From positions 1 through 52,324 of the forward strand of contig JAFGAX010000173.1 of the NCBI GenBank assembly GCA_016933415.1: a DNA stretch of 52,324 nucleotides, written 5' to 3'. Numbering within the stretch: position 1 is the first letter of the stretch; each line of letters starts with the position of its first letter. Positions 27,670 through 37,404 of this stretch are shown one piece after another. Made by a program: the position numbers and the translations under genes. Below the pieces are notes generated by a model. It ran no database searches and was not told where the DNA came from. It was given only the letters and a program-made list of their open reading frames with translations. The DNA is from a bacterium (GTDB lineage: Bacteria; Zhuqueibacterota; QNDG01; DTFT01).

Positions 27670-29004
27670 ATGTTCGAAGATATTGTCCGCAAATTCGACG
27701 GTGTCCTGAAAAAAATCAGGGCCACCGGAAAACTCTCGGAACAGAACATCGAGGAATCCTGCCGTGAGATCAGGCGGGTTCTGCTCGAAGCGGATGTTCA
27801 TTACAAGGTCGCCGCAGAGTTCATCGCGTCCGTCAAGGCCAAAGCAGTCGGACGGGATTTGACGGCCGGCATTCAGCCCGGCCAGATGCTTGTCAAGATC
27901 GTGCATGACGAACTGGTCGCGATGCTCGGAACCGCGCATGTTCCGCTGCATCTCGACGGTCCATTGCCGGCCGTGGTCCTGGTGGTAGGCCTGCAGGGGT
28001 CCGGCAAGACCACATTCTGTGCAAAGCTGGGCCGTTACCTGGCGAAGCGTGACCGAAGGGCTCTGCTTGCGGCGGCTGACATTCACAGGCCGGCGGCCTC
28101 GGAACAACTCAAGCGCCTGGGAGAAGACGCAGGTCTGCCGGTTTACGCCCCGTCCGGTCTTCCGGCCGACCGCATTGCCGTCGGCGCCGTTGCCGAGGCG
28201 CGTAAGCGCAGTCTTGACACGGTCATCGTCGACACCGCGGGACGTCTGCATGTCGACGCGGCTATGATGGACGAGATCGCGTCCGTCAAGGCCGCGGTCA
28301 AACCTTCGGAGATCCTTTTCGTCGCGGACGGGATGACGGGCCAGGACGCCGTGAAATCCGCGCAAGCCTTCGCCGATACGCCCGGATTCGACGGCATCGT
28401 CCTGACCAAGATGGACGGCGACGGCCGCGGCGGCGCGGCTCTGTCGATCCGCGCGGTCACGGGAAAACCCGTGAAATTCCTGTCCACGGGGGAGAAAACC
28501 GACAGCCTCGAGGTCTTCCATCCGGACCGTCTCGCATCGCGCATTCTGGGGATGGGCGACATCGTCTCGCTGGTGGAGCGGGCGCAGGAAAGCGTCGACC
28601 GCGAGCAGGCGGAGAAACTCTCGAAAAAGCTTGTCGGCAGCGGGTTTACGCTGGAGGATTTTTTCGACCAGCTCCGGCAGGTGAGGAAGATGGGTCCCCT
28701 GTCGCAGCTGATGGACCTGGTGCCCGGGATGCGGAGCCGGGTGCCGGTGAACGCCGCGCCGGACGAGAAATCCCTGGTCCGTGTCGAGGCGATCATTCAG
28801 TCCATGACTATTGAAGAGCGCCGAAAGCCGCACTTGATCGACGGCAGCCGGCGAAGGCGTATCGCATCCGGAAGCGGCACCCGCGTGCAGGACGTGAATC
28901 AGCTCCTGCGGGATTTCCAGACGATGCAGACCCTGATGAAGCGGATGGGAAAGCTCAGGGGAAAGGGACTCGCCGGGAGGCACGGAAGGATCCCGTTCGG
29001 TTGA
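27670..29004 (+). CDS. ffh: Signal recognition particle protein
   Basis: GLQGSGKTT, DTAGR, TKMDGDGRGGAALS, M domain (IIQSMT...SRRRRIASGSG). Confidence 0.97.
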   Translation: MFEDIVRKFDGVLKKIRATGKLSEQNIEESCREIRRVLLEADVHYKVAAEFIASVKAKAVGRDLTAGIQPGQMLVKIVHDELVAMLGTAHVPLHLDGPLPAVVLVVGLQGSGKTTFCAKLGRYLAKRDRRALLAAADIHRPAASEQLKRLGEDAGLPVYAPSGLPADRIAVGAVAEARKRSLDTVIVDTAGRLHVDAAMMDEIASVKAAVKPSEILFVADGMTGQDAVKSAQAFADTPGFDGIVLTKMDGDGRGGAALSIRAVTGKPVKFLSTGEKTDSLEVFHPDRLASRILGMGDIVSLVERAQESVDREQAEKLSKKLVGSGFTLEDFFDQLRQVRKMGPLSQLMDLVPGMRSRVPVNAAPDEKSLVRVEAIIQSMTIEERRKPHLIDGSRRRRIASGSGTRVQDVNQLLRDFQTMQTLMKRMGKLRGKGLAGRHGRIPFG

Positions 29005-29068
29005 ACGATACGGAACGCAATCACCCTGATAATAGAAAAGGCAGTCTCACACCAACAGGAGGTACTGT

Positions 29069-29524
29069 TTGTCAGTCAAAATCCGTTTGACACGGTTCGG
29101 CCGCAAGAAGCGTCCGTTTTACCGGATCGTGGTGACCGATACGCGCTCCCCGCGTGATGGACGTTACCTCGAGTGTCTCGGCACATATGAAGCGCTCACC
29201 AACCCCTCCGCGGTGAAGGTGGAGGAATCGCGCGTGAATTACTGGCTCGACAAGGGCGCGGTTCCCTCGGACACCGTTCGGAGCCTTCTGAAGCACAAGG
29301 GCATCCTGGTGCGCCGCAACCTGAAGAAGCGCGGATTCGATGAAACCGGGATCGAAGAGGAAGTGAAGAAGTGGGAGGCCGTGCAGGCCGACCGCTCCAA
29401 GCGCGCGGGAGAAAAAACCCGCGTTTCCAAGAAAGCCAGGGAGAAGGCGGCGAAAGCAGCCGAAGCGAAACCCGAAGCGGCCGCGCCGGCCGCCGAATCG
29501 CAGGCTTCCGCTCCGGCCGCCTGA
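29069..29524 (+). CDS. rpsP: 30S ribosomal protein S16 with C-terminal extension
   Basis: SVKIRLTRFGRKKRPFYRIVV...RDGR; TTG start behind AGGAGG. Confidence 0.97.
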   Translation: MSVKIRLTRFGRKKRPFYRIVVTDTRSPRDGRYLECLGTYEALTNPSAVKVEESRVNYWLDKGAVPSDTVRSLLKHKGILVRRNLKKRGFDETGIEEEVKKWEAVQADRSKRAGEKTRVSKKAREKAAKAAEAKPEAAAPAAESQASAPAA

Positions 29525-29653
29525 ACGGTCCCCGGCCGCCCGCCGGTCCCTGTCCGCCTGTTTCACGCTGAACCGACGTCATCGGAATGAATGGCTTCTT
29601 CTGGAGACGATACCGGAATCGAGTGGAACCTGACACGAGGAGGGAATGCGGCC

Positions 29654-29884
29654 ATGAAGGAGTTCGTCGAGTTCATCGCCAGGCATCTGGTCGACCACCC
29701 GGAGGCCGTCACGGTCAACGAGGTCGATGGAGAGAAAACCACGGTGTATGAACTGCGCGTCGGAGACGGAGACCTCGGAAAGGTGATCGGACGGAAAGGT
29801 CAGACTGCGAAATCCATAAGGACCCTCCTGACGGCGGCCTCGGCCAAACGCGGCAAAAGGGCGCTTCTGGAAATTCTGGAATAG
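29654..29884 (+). CDS. khpA: KH-domain RNA-binding protein KhpA
   Basis: LVDHPEAV...[20 protein letters not shown]; conserved position after rpsP. Confidence 0.93.
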   Translation: MKEFVEFIARHLVDHPEAVTVNEVDGEKTTVYELRVGDGDLGKVIGRKGQTAKSIRTLLTAASAKRGKRALLEILE

Positions 29885-30429
29885 CCGGGCCGCGGGACCC
29901 GGATCCGGACGGAAGAGGGGATGCTTCGACCGTTTCGATCGGACGCATCAGCGCCGCGCACGGCCTCCGGGGTGAACTCAAGGCATTCCCGCTGACCCAC
30001 GATCCGGAACGGTTCAAGACGCTCAGGACCGTGTGGCTGGCGGATGGGGACGAGGAACCGGGAGAACGGCATGCAGTCGAGAGCGTGCGGCTGTCCGGCT
30101 CCTTTGCCCTGATCAAGCTGAAAGGCATCGACGACCGTACCGCGGCTGAATCCGTGACCGGGCGTTGGATCCGGATCCGGCGGTCGCAATGCCGGACGCT
30201 TCCGGCAGGATCGTATTACCTGTTCGAATTGATCGGATTGAAGGCCGTGACCGCGGCCGGAGAAACGGTCGGAACGGTGCGCGAGGTTCTGAAGGCCCCG
30301 GGCCAGGACATTCTGGTGATCGACCGGGAGGGGGAGGACGTCCTGGTGCCGATGGTGAAGGAATGGATCCGATCGGTCGATCCCCCAGCGGGAATCGTGA
30401 CGGTCACCACCATCGAAGGATTGATCTGA
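29881..30429 (+). CDS. rimM: Ribosome maturation factor RimM (start uncertain)
   Basis: Frame of 30031..30429 continues upstream as [15 protein letters not shown] (from 29938); [15 protein letters not shown]. No in-frame ATG/GTG/TTG before 30031, so the start shown is a hypothetical ATA. Confidence 0.85.
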   Translation: MAGPRDPDPDGRGDASTVSIGRISAAHGLRGELKAFPLTHDPERFKTLRTVWLADGDEEPGERHAVESVRLSGSFALIKLKGIDDRTAAESVTGRWIRIRRSQCRTLPAGSYYLFELIGLKAVTAAGETVGTVREVLKAPGQDILVIDREGEDVLVPMVKEWIRSVDPPAGIVTVTTIEGLI

Positions 30430-30433
30430 CCGC

Positions 30434-31177
30434 ATGCGCATCGATGTCATCACCCCTTTTCCCGGCATGTTCGAGGCCATATTTGCGGAGAGCATGCTCC
30501 GCCAGGCCAGCCTGAAGGAACGGGTCCAGTACCATATCTGGGACCTGAGGGATTTTACGGAGGACCGGCACCGCACCGTCGACGATTACCCGTACGGCGG
30601 CGGGGCCGGCATGATTCTGAAGCCCGAGCCGATCTTCCGCTGCATCGAAGCCATCCGGCGTGACAGCCCGGAGTCGGACTTGCGCGTTCTGCTGATGTCG
30701 CCTCAGGGAGAAACATTCAGCCAGTCGAAGGCCGCGTCCCTGGCAGTTGAATCACGGCTCGTTTTTCTGTGCGGCCATTACCGCGGCGTCGATGAGCGGG
30801 TGATCGAGACGCTCGTCGACGAAGAGATCTCGATCGGCGATTATATACTTTCGGGCGGGGAGCTGGCCGCGGCCGTGATCATCGACGCGGTGGTCCGGTT
30901 GCAGCCCGGCGTTCTCGGCAACAGTGACTCGGCCGACGGCGATTCCTTCGTCAGCGGCAGGCTGGACCATCCCCATTATACGCGGCCCGAGGAATTCCGC
31001 GGATTGAAGGTGCCGGACGTTCTGCTTTCCGGACACCACGCCCGGATCGAGGCCTGGCGGGAGGAGCAGGCACTCCGCCGGACGGTCGAACGGAGACCGG
31101 ATCTGCTGAATCGGGACGCGGACGGCATCACCGGGGCGCCCGGCCCGGATGACACGGACGGAACGCAGGATTTATAA
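30434..31177 (+). CDS. trmD: tRNA (guanine37-N1)-methyltransferase
   Basis: [39 protein letters not shown]. Confidence 0.97.
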   Translation: MRIDVITPFPGMFEAIFAESMLRQASLKERVQYHIWDLRDFTEDRHRTVDDYPYGGGAGMILKPEPIFRCIEAIRRDSPESDLRVLLMSPQGETFSQSKAASLAVESRLVFLCGHYRGVDERVIETLVDEEISIGDYILSGGELAAAVIIDAVVRLQPGVLGNSDSADGDSFVSGRLDHPHYTRPEEFRGLKVPDVLLSGHHARIEAWREEQALRRTVERRPDLLNRDADGITGAPGPDDTDGTQDL

Positions 31178-31222
31178 GAACCAGAACGCTCAATCGATCG
31201 ATATCCAAGGAGGATTGTTCAA

Positions 31223-31570
31223 ATGGACATGCTGGAACTGGTGGGCGCGGAGCAGGTCAAGGCGGATGTCCCCGAATTCAACCCGGGCGACGACGTCGCC
31301 GTCCACTTCAAGGTGGTCGAAGGAGACAAACAGCGCATCCAGGTTTTCCGCGGCCTGTGCATCCAGAAGCGCGGCGGCGGAATCAACAAGACCTTTACGG
31401 TCCGTAAAATATCCGGCGGCGTGGGCGTGGAGCGCATTTTCCCGCTGTACTCGCCGCTGATTCAGAAAATCGAACGCACGCGCAAGGGCCGAATCCGCCG
31501 CGCCAAGCTGTTCTATATCCGCCAGCTCAGAGGCAAGGCGGCCAAGATCGAGGAGCAGATCGAGTCCTGA
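31223..31570 (+). CDS. rplS: 50S ribosomal protein L19
   Basis: PEFNPGDDV...RIQVFRG...[18 protein letters not shown]...RRAKLFY. Confidence 0.97.
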   Translation: MDMLELVGAEQVKADVPEFNPGDDVAVHFKVVEGDKQRIQVFRGLCIQKRGGGINKTFTVRKISGGVGVERIFPLYSPLIQKIERTRKGRIRRAKLFYIRQLRGKAAKIEEQIES

Positions 31571-31597
31571 CCGGCTCCGCCCGATTCCGCTGCAAGC

Positions 31598-31637
31598 AGG
31601 CTTTGACGCACGGTTTCCGCGTGTCCGAGCCTTTTTC
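31598..31637 (+). terminator. Probable intrinsic terminator after rplS
   Basis: AGGCT...AGCCT imperfect stem followed by a T run. Confidence 0.5.
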
Positions 31638-31690
31638 ATTTCAGCCGTCGTCTTTGCGCCCGGCGGCCGTCTGGTCGAGGAATACCCGAC

Positions 31691-33586
31691 ATGCACCGAA
31701 ACCTGGATGAACGCATCCGAAATCTTCCGGCCGAGCCGGGCGTGTATCTCTTCAAGGATGCGAAGGGTCAGATTCTGTATGTCGGCAAAGCCAAGGCCCT
31801 GCGGAACCGGGTCCGATCCCATTTCCGCGTTCCGGATCCGGCCGGCGACCCCAGGCACGCCGTTCTCATGTCCAAGGTCGTCGACTTCGAGTTTATCCAC
31901 ACGGATTCGGAGATCGAGGCACTGATTCTCGAGGCCAATTTCATCAAGCGTCACCGGCCGCGTTACAATGTCAACCTCAAGGACGACAAGAGCTATCCGT
32001 ACATCCGCGTCACGCGGGAGCCGTATCCCCGCGTAACCGTGGTCCGCAGACCCGACCGGGAGAACGCGCTCGTTTTCGGCCCGTACACCGACGTCGGATC
32101 GATGCGCCAGCTTCTGTCCGCCATACGCCGCATCTTTCCGATTCGCACCTGCGGCCTGGCGATCACCGAAGAGACGATCCGCCTGAAAAAACACAGGATC
32201 TGCCTGCAGTACCACCTCGGCCGCTGCGGCGGACCCTGCGAGGGGCGCGTCACGGAGGCCGAATACCGGGAGGTTATCGACCGGACCGTGGCCTTCATCG
32301 AGGGACGGAACCGCCGCCTCGTGGCGGATCTGGAGGGGCGCATGCGGGAGCTGGCGGAGAACCGGGCATTCGAGCAGGCCGCCCAGCTCCGCGACCAGAT
32401 TCGGGCTGTTCAGCATTTCCAGTCCAGACAGAAAGTGGCCGGTGATCCGGAAGCCGAACGGGACCTGGTGGCCGCGGCGGGAGACGGGGACGGAGCCTGC
32501 GGCCTGGTGTTCGACGTGCGGGACGGCAAGATCGTCAACCGGAGGCAGTTCGGCCTCGAGCATGCGGAGTCGGCGCCCGAGCCGGAAATTCTCTCCGCCT
32601 TCCTCAAGCAGTATTACCTGCGTGCCGATTTCATCCCCCCGGAAATTCACGTTCCCTTCGGCATTGACGACCGGGAGGAAGTCGAGGCCTGGCTTTCCGG
32701 ACGGAAAGGGTCGGCCGTGCGGCTGACGGTCCCGGCTGAAGGCAAACCGGCTGAGCTCATGGCCATGGTCCGGCAGAACGCGCGGCTCCTGCTCGAGGAA
32801 CTCCGTCTGCAGAAATCACAGTCCGGGGACTGGGTCCCACCGTCGGTTGCCGCGCTTCAGCGCGACCTCGGCCTCGCGCGCGTGCCGAAGCGCATCGAGG
32901 CTTTCGACATTTCGCATCTGGCGGGGAAAGACACCGTGGCCTCCATGGTCGTGTTCGAGAACGGCAGGCCGGTGAAGAGCGGGTACCGGAAATTCCGGAT
33001 CCGAAGCGTCGAAGGCATCGACGATTTCGCGGCCATGTCCGAAGCGGTCACCCGCCGTATATCGCGGCTGTTACGCGAGGGACACCCGCTGCCCGATCTG
33101 ATTCTGGTGGACGGCGGAAAAGGACAGCTCTCCGCGGCGTGCGAGGCGCTCCGGGCGTGCGGGGCCGGGGACCAGCCCGTGATCGGCCTGGCCAAACGGC
33201 TTGAAGAGGTTTTCCGACCCGGCCTGTCCGAATCCCAGACCCTTCCGCGCGCTTCCGCTTCCCTCCATCTGCTTCAGCGCGTGCGAGACGAAGCCCACCG
33301 GTTCGCCGTGACTTTCCACCGGTCTTTGCGCGCCAAACGTATTGTGCGTTCATCCCTTGACGATGTTCCGGGAATCGGGCCGGCGCGCCGCAAGGCTCTG
33401 CTCCTCCGTTTCGGTTCCGTGGAAGCGGTTCGGCGGGCATCGGTTGATGAAATCACGGCCGTTGCCGGAATGACCCGTCCGGCCGCGGTAAACGTCAAGG
33501 AGGCGCTGTCCGGCTGCGGTCCGGGCTCACCGGATAATCCGGTTCATCCGAACGGAGACGAATCCCCGCCTGCCGGCGTCCAATGA
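31691..33586 (+). CDS. uvrC: Excinuclease ABC subunit C
   Basis: PGVYLF...YVGKAKALRNRV GIY-YIG, FEQAAQLRD UVR, IEAFDISH, DGGKGQL, RDEAHRFA, HhH. Confidence 0.97.
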   Translation: MHRNLDERIRNLPAEPGVYLFKDAKGQILYVGKAKALRNRVRSHFRVPDPAGDPRHAVLMSKVVDFEFIHTDSEIEALILEANFIKRHRPRYNVNLKDDKSYPYIRVTREPYPRVTVVRRPDRENALVFGPYTDVGSMRQLLSAIRRIFPIRTCGLAITEETIRLKKHRICLQYHLGRCGGPCEGRVTEAEYREVIDRTVAFIEGRNRRLVADLEGRMRELAENRAFEQAAQLRDQIRAVQHFQSRQKVAGDPEAERDLVAAAGDGDGACGLVFDVRDGKIVNRRQFGLEHAESAPEPEILSAFLKQYYLRADFIPPEIHVPFGIDDREEVEAWLSGRKGSAVRLTVPAEGKPAELMAMVRQNARLLLEELRLQKSQSGDWVPPSVAALQRDLGLARVPKRIEAFDISHLAGKDTVASMVVFENGRPVKSGYRKFRIRSVEGIDDFAAMSEAVTRRISRLLREGHPLPDLILVDGGKGQLSAACEALRACGAGDQPVIGLAKRLEEVFRPGLSESQTLPRASASLHLLQRVRDEAHRFAVTFHRSLRAKRIVRSSLDDVPGIGPARRKALLLRFGSVEAVRRASVDEITAVAGMTRPAAVNVKEALSGCGPGSPDNPVHPNGDESPPAGVQ

Positions 33587-33633
33587 CCGGCAACCTGATT
33601 CCGGGCGCATGGAATGCGTCAGTCAAACTGAAA

Positions 33634-33671
33634 CCGGCGGTCTTCCCTGAAAAGGCCGCCGGATTTTTTTT
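33634..33671 (+). terminator. Intrinsic terminator
   Basis: CCGGCGGTCTT/AAGGCCGCCGG stem plus T8. Confidence 0.8.
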
Positions 33672-33787
33672 AATGGGTCGGTGATTCGGGCATGGCCTTT
33701 GCTTGTTTTATAGTATTTTACAGGCGGTCCGCCTTGCCGGACCGCGTTTTGAATCGTTTCTGACCATCGAAAAGCGGACATCGGCCA

Positions 33788-34873
33788 GTGAAGAACGTTT
33801 TCTCCTGGGGCATCCTTATCGTCTTTCTGCTCGGCGCCGGGGCCTCCCATTCACAGAAAGTTCTCAGGCGCGTGCGCCAGTATGTGCTCATCGACATGAA
33901 CGCCTCGTCCGGACTGGCCGTGGGGGGTGAAGTCGATGTCTATCGAAAGAATGAACTGGGCTTTTTCAGCCAGGTCGGACGCGTCCGTGTCATACGGTAC
34001 CAGTCCGGAAAATGCGCCGCTGAGATTGTCGGCGAGAGCATCGATCTGAAAATATCGACTGGAGATTTTGCGGACATCCCCCGGATCAGTGAAACACCTT
34101 TTTCGGGACCGGCGGAACACCGGCCGGAGGAACTGGAAATCAGGCCGGCGGGTGGGGGGCCGGAACAGGCGGCCGAAGAACCGGTGCCCGCGGATACGAA
34201 CTTTCCCTCCGCGGCTGAGATGCGTCAACCGGACGACGCGACGGCCGTTTACCCCGTTCTCCGTATCCGGGGAAATCTGGTTCTGATCGACGCTTCGGAG
34301 TCCTCGGGACTTTCCACGGGAGACGAAGTGACGGTCTGGAGACGGAAAAACGAGGGCGGTGACTGGGATGTGGGCCGGGTCCGGATCCGAAAATTTCATG
34401 AGGGCCAATGCGCGGCGGAGATCGTGTATGAGTCTCTCGGCGACCGGATCAGCAGGAACGATTTCATCCGCGGCGAAATCGTGCCGGAAATGCCGGGACT
34501 CGGCGATTGGACCATCGAGACCGCGCCTTCCGCTCCAAAACCGCTGCTGCGGAAAATGGCGGTCGCGTCCGCAGGCGCCGGGCTTGCGTCAATCGCCCTC
34601 GGTGTCCTGCAGTTCAGTTACGCCGGCCAGGCGGAGGATGATTACCGCCGCGCCTCGGTTCAGTCGGACGCCGACCGGTTTCACCGGAGGTCGGTGCGTC
34701 TGAACCGGTCCGCCGGTTTGTGGACGGGCGCGGGCGCGGCCCTGATCCTCACGGGCGTCGCGGAGTGGGTCCTTGGAACCCCGGAAAAAACGACTGCATC
34801 CGGAGCCTCCTTTTCCGTCACGCCGGAAGCCGGCCCCCGGTCCGCGGGAGTCAGTCTGAACCTGCATTTCTGA
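33788..34873 (+). CDS. Exported hypothetical protein with two tandem FlgT-C-like beta domains
   Basis: Signal peptide; internal repeat VLID...SSGL..G.EV.V.R...VGRVR....G.CAAEIV.ES occurs twice; hydrophobic C-terminal region ending in Phe. Confidence 0.6.
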   Translation: MKNVFSWGILIVFLLGAGASHSQKVLRRVRQYVLIDMNASSGLAVGGEVDVYRKNELGFFSQVGRVRVIRYQSGKCAAEIVGESIDLKISTGDFADIPRISETPFSGPAEHRPEELEIRPAGGGPEQAAEEPVPADTNFPSAAEMRQPDDATAVYPVLRIRGNLVLIDASESSGLSTGDEVTVWRRKNEGGDWDVGRVRIRKFHEGQCAAEIVYESLGDRISRNDFIRGEIVPEMPGLGDWTIETAPSAPKPLLRKMAVASAGAGLASIALGVLQFSYAGQAEDDYRRASVQSDADRFHRRSVRLNRSAGLWTGAGAALILTGVAEWVLGTPEKTTASGASFSVTPEAGPRSAGVSLNLHF

Positions 34874-35040
34874 TCCCGCTCCGGCGTGATACGGACCTTC
34901 GGTTCTCGTTCGATCGCGTCCGCGTTCAGGCGGTCACCGGACTTTAGGGATTGTTTTCGGAACCGATTTTTCGTACATTTTCCCATTCCGAAGGCTCCGG
35001 CTCTTTCCATTCCATGCATCCATCTTTGAGGAGGTCGTTT

Positions 35041-36150
35041 TTGCAGCGTTGCAATTCATGCGTTCTACCGCAAACCTACCCCGGAATCGAATTCAACGAG
35101 CAGGGCACTTGCTGTTTCTGCGCTTCTCACCGGAAGAAACAATTCATCGGACGGGAGGCGCTGGATGTCCTGTTCGAAAGACAGAAGGCGAAGCAGCAGC
35201 CGTACGACGCGATTGTCGGAATCAGCGGCGGCCGGGACAGCGCCTATGTTCTGCATCAGCTGGTCCGCGTCCACAAGCTGAAAGTGCTGGCGTATTTCAT
35301 AGACAACGGCCTTGTGCCGGAGACCGCGGTCCTGAACATGAAAAACATGACCGAGGCCGTGGGCGTCGATTTTCACGTCGATCGGAGCGGCTCGCTTCTG
35401 AAATGCCTGAAGCACAATTTCGAAGCCTGGACGGCAAAACCCTCCCTCGGTTTCATCATGCTGACCTGCACGATCTGCAATGGAAACATCGAGATCGGCC
35501 TCCGAAAAACGGCCAAGCGGAAGGGGATTTCGCTGATCATCACCGGAGCCGGCGGCGTGGAGGAGGCCCATTTCAAGTACGCCCTGGCCGGCGCCGGGGC
35601 CCGCCGGGATCGGCAGAATGCACTGGGGCTGGTCGGCAATCTGGCGCGGGACCTCGCGGCCAATCCCCGCTATTTCAAGAGTCCGCCGTGCATGACCGCC
35701 GAAGGCCGGGCCTTCCTGTACCAGTACCTTCCGTTCCCGCTTATTCAGAAGCTTTTCTACCCCGACCAGACCAAGGTGGATTACCTGGACTACGTCGGAT
35801 TCGACGAGGCGGAAATGCACCGCGTGATTGAGACTGAACTGGGCTGGCGCAAACCGGAAAACCTGGCATCCCCGTGGCGTTTCGACTGCAAGCTGGCTTT
35901 TCTCAAACACTGGATATTCATGGAACTGTTCGATTTCTCCGAAAAGGACGACCTCTTCAGCAGCATGATCCGCGAGGGACTCATGACGCGCGAGCAGGCG
36001 CTCGAACGGATCCGCACGGAGAATACGGTCCCGCTTGAACTGGTCACCGGGATGTGCCGGGAGACCGGGCTGGATTTCCCGAAGATACAGGCCGCCACGC
36101 GGCGGCTCAAAGAAGAACTCAGGAGCCGGGGACTGGCGGTATCCGCCTGA
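35041..36150 (+). CDS. PP-loop N-acetyl-sugar amidotransferase-like protein (WbuX/WbpG-like)
   Basis: RCNSCVLP...CCFC, YDAIVGISGGRDS, DC and IREGLMTREQAL; TTG start behind AGGAGG. Confidence 0.7.
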   Translation: MQRCNSCVLPQTYPGIEFNEQGTCCFCASHRKKQFIGREALDVLFERQKAKQQPYDAIVGISGGRDSAYVLHQLVRVHKLKVLAYFIDNGLVPETAVLNMKNMTEAVGVDFHVDRSGSLLKCLKHNFEAWTAKPSLGFIMLTCTICNGNIEIGLRKTAKRKGISLIITGAGGVEEAHFKYALAGAGARRDRQNALGLVGNLARDLAANPRYFKSPPCMTAEGRAFLYQYLPFPLIQKLFYPDQTKVDYLDYVGFDEAEMHRVIETELGWRKPENLASPWRFDCKLAFLKHWIFMELFDFSEKDDLFSSMIREGLMTREQALERIRTENTVPLELVTGMCRETGLDFPKIQAATRRLKEELRSRGLAVSA

Positions 36151-36177
36151 TTTTCAGGTCCTCCGGAGGCGCGGTCC

Positions 36178-37272
36178 ATGATTACAGCAAAAATCAGGAA
36201 ACGGGAAGAACTCGTCCCGATCTGCGAATTCCTGCGGTCTGCGGGCAAGACGGTCGGTTTCACATCCGGCGCCTTCGACCTGCTGCACGCGGGGCATGCC
36301 GATTACCTCGAGAAGGCCAAAGCCCTGTGCGATACGCTGGTCGTTGGCGTCAATTCCGACCGGTCCGTGCGAGAATACAAGGGGCCTGACCGGCCCGTCG
36401 TCCCTGAATCACAAAGGCTCAAGCTGGTGGCCGCGCTCGAATCCGTTGATTACGTTTTTCTCTTCGACGAGCGGAGGAACCGGGCCAATCTCGAGGCCCT
36501 GAAACCCCGGTTTTACATCAAAGCAGGCGATTACAGTCCGGAAGAACTGACATCGTCCGATGTACTGTCGTCCTTCGGGGGCGAAATCCGGCTGATCCCG
36601 ATCACCGAAGCCGTGTCCTCATCGGACGTGATCGGCCGAATTCTCGCGTCCAGCGGCCGTCCCGCGAAGGCGTTCACGGAAAAGGACGGCGCCGTGCATA
36701 TCGAGCGCAGGCAAGGCAAGCGTTCGCCCGCGGTATTCCTGGACCGGGACGGGACCGTCATCGAGGAAGCCGAGTACCTGCACGAACCGGAACGGATCCG
36801 CGTTCTGCCGAACGCACTGGAGGGAATGAAACGGTTCCAGGACATGGGATACCGCATCGTCCTGATCACGAACCAGCCGGGAATCGGATTGGGGTACTAT
36901 ACCAAGGAAGATTTCTACCGGGTGAACCGGGTCCTGTTCAAGCAGGTGTCCGACGCGGGCGTTCTGATCGACAAGGTCTATTTCTGCCCGCACGGCAAAT
37001 CCGAGAAATGCGACTGCCGGAAACCCGGACAGGCCCTGGTCCGGCGGGCGGAAGAGGAATTGAACCTGGATTTGACGCGGAGCGTGATGATCGGCGACAA
37101 GACATCCGACATCGAGACGGGGAGGCGGGCGGGGATGAAAACCGTGATCGTCCGAACGGGATTCTGCGGAAAGGACGGAGAGTACGACGTGAAACCGGAC
37201 TGGATCGCCGGCGACCTGCTCGATGCGGCAAAACAGGTGCTGCATTCGGAAAGAAAAACCGTTCAACCGTGA
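36178..37272 (+). CDS. Fusion of heptose-1-P adenylyltransferase (RfaE domain II) and heptose 1,7-bisphosphate phosphatase (GmhB-like HAD-IIIA)
   Basis: FTSGAFDLLHAGH, VGVNSDRSV...KGPDRP; then FLDRDGT, ITNQ, FCPH...CDCRKP, MIGD. Confidence 0.85.
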   Translation: MITAKIRKREELVPICEFLRSAGKTVGFTSGAFDLLHAGHADYLEKAKALCDTLVVGVNSDRSVREYKGPDRPVVPESQRLKLVAALESVDYVFLFDERRNRANLEALKPRFYIKAGDYSPEELTSSDVLSSFGGEIRLIPITEAVSSSDVIGRILASSGRPAKAFTEKDGAVHIERRQGKRSPAVFLDRDGTVIEEAEYLHEPERIRVLPNALEGMKRFQDMGYRIVLITNQPGIGLGYYTKEDFYRVNRVLFKQVSDAGVLIDKVYFCPHGKSEKCDCRKPGQALVRRAEEELNLDLTRSVMIGDKTSDIETGRRAGMKTVIVRTGFCGKDGEYDVKPDWIAGDLLDAAKQVLHSERKTVQP

Positions 37273-37404
37273 CAAAGTGAAAATGGGTCCGCGGAGCGGG
37301 AATCTTCCTTCTCACACTCCGACCGGATCAGCCTGCCATATTCAATCTCATTGAAGTCATTTTCCCGTTGCACTCGCCTGCAGGTTCGTTCCGGCCGTAC
37401 GGGG

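Noticed and set aside
27649-28983. 444-aa ORF antisense to ffh
   Set aside because: In-register antisense shadow; the equal length is coincidental.
29300-29524. Lys/Ala-rich S16 extension as a novelty
   Set aside because: Extended S16 proteins are common in FCB and other lineages.
31190-32650. 486-aa minus-strand ORF
   Set aside because: Antisense to rplS and uvrC; no motifs.
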